Source: Fimbriosthenelais zetlandica
Lineage: Eukaryota
NCBI GenBank assembly: GCA_977030845.1
Contig: OZ365112.1
Span: 21,576,001 to 21,609,000 of the forward strand
Reading direction: 5' to 3'
Length of the DNA: 33,000 nt
Both the position numbers and the translations under genes were made by a program. Below are positions 12,005 through 22,711 of the stretch, in pieces. The notes under the pieces are model-generated. The model was not told the DNA's origin, did no database searches, and saw only the letters and a program-made list of their open reading frames with translations. Positions within the stretch are counted from its first letter, which is position 1; each line of letters begins with the position of its first letter.

Positions 12005-13792
12005 TTTCTGCTGATGATGGGTGACCAGAATATATGGACTGTGAGAGGCTTCAGTCTGTGGAAAGTAGAAGCTGTCGCACTTCTTGGTAGAGCATATTTC
12101 TGACCAGCAGCTGATTTAAAGGTCAGGCACTCAACAACCCACTCTGAAGTGCATACTCACTTTTTCTGCTCTATCATGAGGGTCCATATGCCAAGAGAAG
12201 TGCTTGTTAGTGGTCTATATTTGTCATCTGGTGGGCACTAAGTATCTTGTTTCCTACCTATTGGGAAGGACAGATTCTGTTTGTTAATGAGTGAATAAAG
12301 CTGGTAGGCTACAATGTAGTTTGTATATATGTTTTTTCAGTGATGTCCGTCTGAGAATTTAAGTTCTTAAAAACATCTTTTATATTTGCAGCCTCGTTTA
12401 CTATTATGGGGTATCATCATCAGTTACAAGTTAAAAGTGACCAGGGACCTCACTTGATTCATCGTTTCCATCCATGGTATCCAGATGGCGACCAGTGCCT
12501 TCATGGTGCCTTCATGGTGAGTACATTTTTCTTGTTATCGGTAAAGGCATGACGAGAACATCACCTTCATTCTTCCTGAAAACTGGCATAGAAAGTTAGA
12601 ACTGAGACAGACCTCATTAATAATTTAGTCCGAAATCCCTTAGATCTACATCCATTAATGGCATCAATCATGGAGTCTGAACCCTCTATTAGACTACATG
12701 TACTGAAATTAATTTACTCTCTTCGTTTATATCAAAATGAGTGTTATAATTGAGTATTCATCAAATAACTAACTATACCAGCTCAGACTCATAGCTTTGG
12801 TTATTCGTAAAATAATCCAAATATAGCAGGTGAACCTGGTTGCCTTTCCCTGATCCCACCATCAGGGTATAGGAGGAAGTGGTGCTGGCTTTGTTCCTTG
12901 GTCGTTCACTCCCTGCTGGAAACTTTCCAAGGACAGCACATTATACATGAAATGATGTGTGCTGCCAGTTGGGGTGTGTCGGTCGAATGAAGCCAAACAT
13001 TTCCCTCTCTTGCACGGCTCTATCCTTGATTCATCTTCTGTTTGATGGGTCTTTTGCCTGTTCACCATGAAAGTATCGGAGATTTAATTTTCGCAGGGTT
13101 GCACCACAGCTGCACCTTGATTGTCACTTTATAAGGTATAGGAAAAGTGTGAGATGATGATGTATTAGACTTTGTCCTTTAACATATTATGAACTCATGG
13201 GATGCGTGGTCAAAAATAGAAAGAATATATCCTAAATTTCCTTTTCCGCATACAGTGTCTTTTGATGCTGGACTGGGCTAGAAATGTGGAACTAGTATGG
13301 CATATTGTAAAAAAGGATCCATATTGGTCTCCTTTTCGACATGGTTTCTCATTCCTTCTGGGCCACATTTTATATCACCCTTTTACAATGTATGGATTTT
13401 TCCTACTCGAGGATATTTTATTTATATTTTAGTATGGCATAAGAGATGTACACGTCTCAGTATGGAGGCACCCTTTGGCCAACCTTGTTCCTGCAGGAGA
13501 TCAAAGCCTTCGGGTTATTGAAGACACAAATTAGGAGTGTGATCTCCTCAGCCCCATCTGTCTACCCAACTGTCAGTCAGTACCTTGATTTATAGCCATC
13601 CAATTGATTCTATGCATAAGAGAAAGCAGGCAAAACACCTCTTGACCAGAGATGCATGTAATCAATGGTCAAACAGGTTTTTGGTACATCAGTCACACCA
13701 GATCCTAATGTAACTGTGTTGCCTGTTTATCGGAAGAGAGGACAACATGTTTTGTATTTAGGCCCCTTGACCTCTTACATGGTCAGGACCAC

Positions 13793-13920
13793 TTAAAGGG
13801 ACTTGGATCAAGCTGCAGGCCATTTTAGGAATTGTTGATTTTATCTTTTTTATTTTCATTTCGTCAGAAAATTTATATTTATCATTGTATTAGTAATTCA
13901 AGTATACTTATTTGTTGGAG
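13793..13920. mobile_element. Possible MITE terminal fragment (TTAAAGGGACTTGGA...) next to the RT relic
   Basis: TTAA followed by AGGG, then an abrupt switch to very AT-rich non-coding sequence that ends just before the YMDD frame. No second terminus seen. Confidence 0.22.
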
Positions 13921-13922
13921 CA

Positions 13923-14069
13923 TTATGTAAAGGCTGTCTTAATATCCTGTCCCAACATGTTCTATACCGCTCAGCCTGCTATGGTGTGAACTACATGGAT
14001 GATATCATTCTATTCTCCCTCAATAGCCAAACAAACACGGCAAACATAAAGCTATTTTTTCATTGCCTT
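13923..14069 (+). mobile_element. Reverse transcriptase catalytic-motif relic (Gypsy-like), fragment
   Basis: Open frame LNILSQHVLYRSACYGVNYMDDIILFSLNSQTNTANIKLFFHCL with YMDD at 13992-14003. The flanks resemble Gypsy RT (..VL....YxDDIIIFS....H..L..VF.RL). The rest of the RT is not recognisable. Confidence 0.4.
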
Positions 14070-15025
14070 TTTATACTTCTCCTAGTGCCTGGATTGATTG
14101 ACTCACCAATATAAGAGATCTATAGAATTGACATAGCTTTGATCACAGCTTGGTTAAGCTCGAATGACCTGATTGCTGGTAGGCAGGAAGCCTTATGTTT
14201 GTCTTGCTGATGTTGTGAAGATGTAATCGATGCTGCTTTATAGACCTCAGTTGGGCTCAAGTGACCTAAGAGGTTTGTACTCAATAAATAAGTCATTAGA
14301 CTCAGATCAGTGTGGAGAGATCTCTAGGTGCGATAAGAACAGCACAATTCCCCACATTACTGGCTTCAGGGTTAGATTAAAAAGAAAAAAATAGCTGGGC
14401 TGTTCATCGATCGCCTCATCATCTTTGGTACTAAACCTGTGAGGTTTTAGGAGGCGATTGGAATTCATCTTATGTTGAGATCACGCCTAATACCTGATTA
14501 CCACATTTTCAAGGCAGATACACTGGTTTGAGGCCTATATATGATAGCAAACCTCAAAGAACCAGTCAGTGGCCAAAAAGTTAAGGCCTTGGAAGTTAAA
14601 GGGCGGGAGGAAACTTAGTAAATTATAGTGCTAGAATGGTTCACGTTCACATATCATTTTTAGAGAGCTAATATGTGTCTGTTTTTGGGATATTATTTTG
14701 CACCTGTTCTTCTGTATCAGTGATGCCCAAAAGCCATTCTTCATACTATAAGTGCCAGTAGGAACAATGATTTCATCTGGGGTTCTGACAGACAATACAG
14801 GCATGGTTGATGAACTGGGCACGTTTAGCGGCCCTTCCGCCTCCAAATAGCGGTTTTATGTTCTGGTGGGTGGCGCAGGTGGGTAAGAGATCATCCTGCC
14901 AGTCAATTCAGCTTTCTGTAAAGAAGAAAGGTGAACTAAAGTGATGTTTATGGCACTAAATTTGAACATTGCCATTTGCCATTGAACACGTAAGATACAC
15001 CCCTGATTATCACTTAATCGCATCC

Positions 15026-15499
15026 CTAGTGCATAGCTGAATTCATTTGCTGGTTAGCTGCATGCCACAACTGACAAGCAACATATATCAGGTCTATGAT
15101 ACTTCCACTTGCTGCGACTAACCAATAACTCAATGCATCTTCAATTTCGTAGAATAACTTTACTCTCAGAAGTGATCTGCTCTTTCCATAGGAGAAATAA
15201 CTGAGGGATATAAAATACAGGATAATTAAAGAAATATGGCCTGGGGGAACGAAGAAAGGAATCTTAATGAGCACATCCGCAACGACATATAATAATTTTG
15301 TTAATGAGGTAACAGAATCATTTTGGCTTCCATAATGCCTGCGCAGCTCTGGAAGCTGGTCACATGTGGCTCCTGACAAGCCCCCATGCCCTCCGGAAAT
15401 CCCCAAGATCCCCTGCTTCTCCTTTGTTTTCACCCATCTAAGAAATAGGGGATCAATTCCACATGCTGGTGCGATTGTTCGGCTTCCTGAACTCAGCAT
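15026..15499 (-). other. 157-aa ORF of unknown nature (candidate exon or TE ORF relic)
   Basis: Open for about 164 codons, while the two plus-strand frames I translated have many stops. No domain recognised. Confidence 0.2.
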
Positions 15500-15625
15500 T
15501 GATTGCCAGGTGATGCATCACAGTGGATGAATTGTTGATAAATCTTATCCTTCTACTGACATAAGGTACAGGGGTACCTCTTATGATGGCAAAGGCTTAG
15601 AACTGCACTCGTATTAGTTGCCGCT

Positions 15626-15662
15626 CCAACATGCGACATTAATATGTAATGTCGCTTGTTAG
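15626..15662. repeat. Inverted repeat / hairpin, 16-bp arms (14/16 paired), 5-nt loop
   Basis: ccaacatgcgacatta - atatg - taatgtcgcttgttag; the inner 9 bp pair perfectly. Confidence 0.8.
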
Positions 15663-18574
15663 TTGCTGTGATCTCAACAGATGTGCGCTCTTGTAGAAAT
15701 GTGAAACTTGAATTAACCCGCTTTACAATTGAAGCAGATCAATCAAATTGACCTTAATCGAGTGTATTTATTTGATCCATTTCGGATGTGTGGGGAGTCG
15801 CTAGCTAGGGAGACTGGGAACCAACACCTGGTGTGTTTCACTTTTTCTAGATGAAAGACACATTTTTCGTTGAATACAAGTGGCTTAAAATACCAGGGTT
15901 AATTTCCTTAACTTCAAGTCAATCTGAATTGATGGAATGAGGTAAATGAATTAGATTGGGAAGGCCCAGCAGGAGAAGCCTCCTTGAACAAACAAAACCA
16001 TAACCCAAGCCAGCAATGATACTGCCCAGGTTCACTAATTCTGCCCTGCCATTTAATCAACTGATGGAATTACCCCTACGCTAAGTTCATTTATTAATTA
16101 TTAATCATCACCTGAATTTTCGCTGATTCCATTTTTTCCGTTAATTTAAGTGTGACCTAAATCTTCATCAGTTGCTGTTGAACTTTGGCAAAGTATGTTT
16201 ATGAATTCCATTTGTCATGTGAAGTAGTAGTATAACATTAATGCCTGAAGCATTTCGAGATGTTTGATCTATCAATTTTATAGATCCAGATGGCTTACTT
16301 TGCACATTATATTTAATCTTTTTTTACCATGGACATGGTGCTTTGATTTTCCCTCTAGTAGATATTACTTTAACTGATCTCATGGGAAACAGAAGAATCG
16401 ATACATAGAGTAATTGGATCGGAACGTTTGCATGAGATCGTGATTACTCAAATCACTGAAAAGGTGAGGTAGCTTTTTCGGTCAAAATTGTAAAACCTTT
16501 TCCAAAAGCAAGTCGAATGAGCAGGAATCGATCGATTTATGCCTTTTGCCTATGAAAAAGTAAAGGCATGTTTTCAGACCCTGAACCAATAAAATAAATT
16601 TATCTTGTAGCTGTAAAATGGTTGGCAAAACATTGATGACCCGAATGTACCAGGAATTTCTTTTGATATGAAGTTGGGAGGGGTGGGAGGTATGGATGGG
16701 ATGGTGAGGTAGGGGGTATTCAGCCTTAAAGTAAGAGCTAGTGAACCCTGCATAAAAGCACCGTTTCCAACCTATCGGTTAGACTAGATAAAGAGAGAAG
16801 GGGAGGAGAGAGAGAACAGGAGAAAGAGAGAGCTTGAAAAACAACTCAATACTACATTAATTATAATTTCCATGCAGAACAAGAGCAATATCGCTCCCCC
16901 TTATTCACGAAACAAAAAGGAATAAAAAGGTGCTATCGTATAACTGTCATAGTCTTGGAACTGGCAACAAAAGCATGCCTATGATACATCAGAATGCAAA
17001 TGGGTTGCAAAGAAGCAAAAACTACTGAAAGGTCAAAAAATATCCCCCCCCGTTTTGTGTTAATAAAGAGTTGGTTGAATGTGTCTTGAATGGGCTCTTT
17101 GAAATCTCGACGTCTTACATATTAATGTAAGCAGATATTGTAGGTAGCCATGGTGAAGTATAGTGTTGGGAAAAAATGCCTGTTTCTCATTGCAGTTATA
17201 TCCCATTGCACATTACAGGCGAATTTTAATGCGAAATTCCTATCTTGTTATTTGAAAATCTGGATACCCTGTGAATTCAGACAACAGGGCAACAGTTATC
17301 ATTTTCCAACTTGATAGGTCCATTGACTTGCCCAGGAAAACCAAATGGGATCAAACTACGTTCTTTGTTGAGCCGAACTTTGCCAGGTGGGAAAAACAGG
17401 GTCAATCCTGCCATGAATGCCCGACACAAAACATGAAAACTCTGTATTTAACATCATTTAGTCCTTTGCTGTGGAAAAATACTGTTTATAAAATCATATA
17501 GTCCTATATATTTCATCCCAAACAAGACTTTGTACTTTTTGTTTAGAAAATGCTCAGGTTACTGAATTGTCATTGTTTGGATCAATTAATTTGTTTTATA
17601 TAGTTTTCCATCTAAGTTCATCTTACATCTTCTTGGTAGACTAAGTGACCACTGCACCTGTTACATTATAGTAACACCAGTCACGGTTCCCCCAAATCCC
17701 AGAAATGTGAAATAGCTTAAAATTTGTCACTTCGCATTGAGTGATAAAGCTGTATTTTTCTATCTGTAAAATGTTTGTGCAGATGCCCAATAAAAATAAT
17801 TACCTCTGTGGACCGTGGGTTTAACACTACCAAAACACTAATATTTGACTGGCCCAAAGACCTTGAGGGGATCAATATGAAATTGATCCAGAGCATATTG
17901 ATTCCTATCTAGAGAGATTTTTATTGACATTCGCTATGGACCTCATATTGGTATATGGCTTTATAGACTTGCCAATTTGATCCGACTTCTGTCATTTTGG
18001 ATTTTTATTGAACAGGATCCATTTGATGTGGTGCACGAGGATTAGATGAATATGATAGACCTTCAAATATCAATGAATATTAGATGTTATAAAGCTTTCT
18101 CATGTCAATGCTAATGCTATTGTCTTTTTGTTTGCATCTGGCTACAACATTGAGAGGAATCTGGGAAATGCATGACTTGAATGCGATTTCCCATAATACT
18201 AAATAAATAAGCTAGTGCTCTAGTGTTCCTGCAGTGAGACATAGAACAATGTTTTTGCATTATTCTGTCAGAAAAAATTCAGCTCACTCCCGTTGATTGA
18301 GCTAGGCTAGCATGTTTCCGCGGGGAGAAAATCAAAAATTTATCCTCTCTAAGGTTCTGTCACTTTCTCAAAGAATTGAATGGATTTTAAGAAAACCACT
18401 GATTGTGCAATGCTATTCTTTTAACATCCTTTCATCCCCCTTACCAATAACCAATATTTACCATTGGTTTTAAAATGGGTAAATAATGCATCATGATAAC
18501 ATTTGTAGATCAGCATGTTCGTTTCAGTGTATTTTGACTCTGAAAACAGCGACATTGATTTCTGTTCATTAATA

Positions 18575-18627
18575 CAACACCAGGGTAATAGGATTCGAAC
18601 CTTGCATTTGAATGCTACCATTGTACC
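18575..18627 (-). other. tRNA-derived relic (SINE head or tRNA pseudogene fragment) with A-box and B-box-like motifs
   Basis: The minus strand reads ggtacaatggtagcattc (18627-18610; resembles the tRNA-Gly D-arm GGTTCAGTGGTAGAATTC at 15/18), then only 8 nt, then ggttcgaatcc (18601-18591; canonical B box). The anticodon arm is missing, so this is not a functional tRNA. Confidence 0.3.
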
Positions 18628-21600
18628 TTTATTTCCTCCTCTCCCCCCATGGCCCTCCTCCTCTTCCTCTAATCCCATTTGGAATATTCATTGCATCCTC
18701 CGGATGAAACACATTTTTTTCTCTCCTGCTCTCACAACAATGTAAAGTCGATTTAAATGTGCTTTACCAGTATGTAGCGGGGGCTGGGCCTACATGGCGG
18801 ATGACAAGGCTAGAGGAGCATGATTTTACACTTCACCGAGCCTCCACCTAACACACAAAGCATACCTTTTTCCCTCCCATCCAAGTACCATCTCCCTTGT
18901 ATCAGTCTTAAAATATAAATATCACTGCCACCGTTCGTTCCCCATCAAATCAATATAAAACATTTCCATAGTTGGCTCTCAAAAAGATTAGTGCATATAT
19001 CACGATTTTTTTCTAGAGTCAGGGTGGTGGGTGCATATTAATATCTCTTTACACAATGCTGGGGGTTTGAGTGGCCAAGTTATCTCTGACTAAAGGCCTT
19101 TGCTATCCTGATCGATGGCTATAAAGCTTTAATTCTATCATGGGAAGTGATCCTTCCTCCAACAAAATTGTTGCCCCTGGTGATGACTTTTTCCTTTAGA
19201 TATTTCCCTATACTGCTTCCAAATATCAACACGAAGCAGTCAAGTGTAATGTAATGAAATTTACCCAAAGAAAAAATCAAATAAAAAAAGCATCGAGACG
19301 AGGCCCTACATTGGCATACCGACCATTATCAGGACTGCCCGGTCCTGGAGCTAGAAGGCTGGCTGGCTGCTCAAAACCACCCCATGCAGTTGAATCTGCT
19401 CTAGATCGGAACTATTTGTTGAATCACTGCTTAATGGAAAATAAATAATACAAAGAGTCGGAGCTGTAAACGTCAGACGTGTATTTGTTGCTGGTTTAAA
19501 AAGTAGTGAGAGATATAATGGATGTGGTGGTTGGTATGACCACAGGTAGCACGTTCCTTCTGTTCTATGTTGATGGTGATTGATGACTTAGTGGAGATGT
19601 CCAAGACTAGGTCACCTACTCCAATCTTAATGTTGACAGGGCCCTTTAATATTCTACATTTGTTTTACTTTTTATTGTTTTTGTAACCCATATTGTTACC
19701 TGTAGGAAAAGAACATGAAGCAAGGTTTCCTTTTGTAAGAACATAATAAAAACGCCATGGCTAATTCGGGGATTGGTTGACGTCTTGGTTGAGTTGATCA
19801 TAATTATTTGCTGGCTATTTAGTGAATGAATAATGCTTTAACTCATTCTTAGTCTGATTGTGATGCACATTGACAGGTCGGCACTATGCCACTAGCTACT
19901 TTTAAGCTGGCTGGGTAAAACTGGCTCAAAAAGCCCCGTTCCTATTGCTTCCCTCGAGGCAGGGCATTTAATAAACATGCATTGAGGCTCAGTACTCTCC
20001 CATACAAAGCCCTCCTTTATAGGCATTTTACACCACCTCCAACATTGGAGTGGCTCAGAGTGTTATACACTGATTTAAAGTATCAGGTAGTCCCCTTTAA
20101 GCAGCCTGATGGACCACAAAACCCTCTCTTCTAGCTCCATTTGTTTCTATGGGATTATGACACCTAACTCGAGGAATTCACATTTGTAACCACGGATATA
20201 AATCTTCTTTTCAGACGGAATCATTTGCCGTTCAATTTGCTAGCCACAAAAAAGAGATCAATTGCCTGAGGCGATGTCATTTTAAATCATTTTTACCCTA
20301 GCAGCGCGTGGATTCCTTGCTTTTGTAAAATGCTTCTTTTCCACTCAGCATTTTTGTTAGGGAAATGAGAATGTCTGTTGTTCGCTGGCGACTCACTCCC
20401 CTTAATGAACAAATATTCCCCCAACTTTTTAAACGGAATAATTAGTTACACTACCATAATATCTTTAGGAGAATGTTCTTTGTTTTCAATCGTAGGTAAT
20501 AGCAAAGGATTTGATTCTACACGATATTCATTGAACATTTTATGGTAATAAATCTGTTTGTTTGTTATCATTTAGCCCCTAGTATGAACATGTCCAATGT
20601 TAAGAAATGTGTTAAGGTGTCTAGACTTGCTCGAGGGTTTTGTACTGACAATGCACTTAAATACGTCAGTAAAATCTTCAGTTAGGCATCCATAGTCATA
20701 CAGAGAAAAATGTACTAATGAAAAACCTCTTATTCCTGTTCGTCGTAACAGAATCCTTGCTGCCTCCGTTCGATAAGAGCAGGACATTGTGTGCTGACAG
20801 CATGTTTTCTACTTGCCATGAACAATTACTGACAAATATCCACCCGCCAATCATTTTGTATTCCAATTGTTCATAGCTAAAAGGAACTGCAATATGAAAT
20901 GAGATACTTCTGATCACTATAGATATCAATTTTGAATTGTTCAGAATGGTATTTCGATATTATCTCTCCGCCCAGCAGTAAGCTGATCTCAAGTTTCGTC
21001 TATGCAATGACTTCCAGCCACTATCCATCTCAGCAGTAATTTACAGCAGGGTTAAAAACATTACACGTGTACGGTGGATGGGCCAGTTTTATTGGTTCTG
21101 TTTTCCCCCACCTGAGGTATGTGGTAGTACTGACAGGGATAACACTCAGTCTCTAATGAAAACATGTGATTGAAATCAGTGGCTTGGGACCTGAGGGAGC
21201 CCGAGCTTTTACAAACCTGCTTTCATCTGGAACATTCAGTTTGCTATTACTATCTAAAATGGTCTCATAGGCACAGTGAAACTCCCGTTATCAGACACTC
21301 TATCCTTGATCTACTGGATCCAAACTGGACCTTGAAACCTCTGACTATATATTGATAGAATGTTCACGTTAGAAACTAACATAGCGCTGTAGGCATGTCT
21401 TCATTCCAAAGCTGTATTTCAATAAACACTGCAGCAGGGGAACGTGCTCCAAGGATAGGTCATACTGGCAATGTGAGAGGTTGGAGCAATGCCCTCCCAC
21501 CAGACACACAAGTGAATCAAGGTCCCTCGATAAAATGTAAATATTTGATATTGTGAGATCAGGAGCCTTCCCCCATGTCACATCATATTGTTCTTGACAG

Positions 21601-22675
21601 ATTTCCTTATCTGGAGACATCTTAAAGTCCTCAGTCACACTATTCACTCAATTAAAGGGAAGCTATTTAGGATATACCAAATCTGGTCTCATGTATGTGA
21701 CACCAGACAGATCAGCAATGATTATTCTGTATTCAAACAAAGACCTGTACGAAGCACAATAAACAGCACAGCTTTATCAGGATGTTTAGTCATTCATATT
21801 GCCATGGTACCCAGGAGAATCTTCTTGTTTTGCTCATTCCAGATTATCTGCCATAGAAGTGCTGGTTGTCCCTCCTGACATTGCTATATCATATATATAC
21901 AGCCCCTGGAGGCTCAACCCTCTCTCAGTCTGCTCCTGGCTTTGTTGGTGGCCTGGGCCCAGACACTAACCTATTCTTCTCTCCGAGTGGTTATCGGAAT
22001 TCCTAGTATGGGGTTTGTTTTAGTGGGTGGAGGGTATGGCATCATAATCCAGGAGGGAATTTTCCTATCTCCTTGAGGTCTTGATAATACAAAGAAGTAA
22101 TGAAAAGTCTCAGAGTGGAGGTGTAAGGTTAGGAGTCCTATATACAGTCCCCCTAAATATCGCTATAGCTTCCTAGATGTAGAAGGATGTAGACAATTAC
22201 AGCACAATTTCCAGTGCTGTTGTTTAGACCATATTTTATATTCTGAGGAAACGCCTTCGCGATTTACTCTTTGAAAGTTTACTTTTATGTTATAATGCAG
22301 TGCAGTGCTCTGTAATTTTGAAAACAGTACTGTGCAAAAGTTGTTTGCTGTCTTGCTGGGTACTCCCTTCACAATTCTGTATAATTGATGGCCTCTGAGG
22401 GCCCTCATGTGACCCGCAACATTCGTTGTATCATGGTTAAGGGGTAGCCTGGAATAGTTATGTCTCTAATAGGTTTGCCCAAATGACGGCTGGCATACAA
22501 GCCATCATAGAAGCCCCAAAATGCCAGAATATCGCTGTAAAAGTGTTTTGTATTCTAACTCGTCACTTTCTTGAATCATTGTCTGAAAATTTGGTCAACT
22601 TATGGCCTCTGAGGCCTCACATACACAAACTTCAGTACAAGGAACCTGACTGCATGAGGGCAAGGTCTTTGTCGT

Positions 22676-22711
22676 GGTCGTGTGGTGTAGGATGGGTCGT
22701 GTGGTGTAGGA
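22676..22711. repeat. Perfect 17-bp direct repeat, period 19
   Basis: ggtcgtgtggtgtagga at 22676-22692 and 22695-22711. Confidence 0.9.

Noticed and set aside
12495-12519. 11-bp tandem duplication gtgccttcatg x2
   Set aside because: Most simply a slippage product. It cannot be shown to be an excision footprint from this sequence alone.
17280-17420. Minus frame HLAKFGSTKNVV*SHLVFLGKSMD resembling DIRS RT
   Set aside because: The match is short and gapped, with no YxDD upstream and no tyrosine recombinase nearby.
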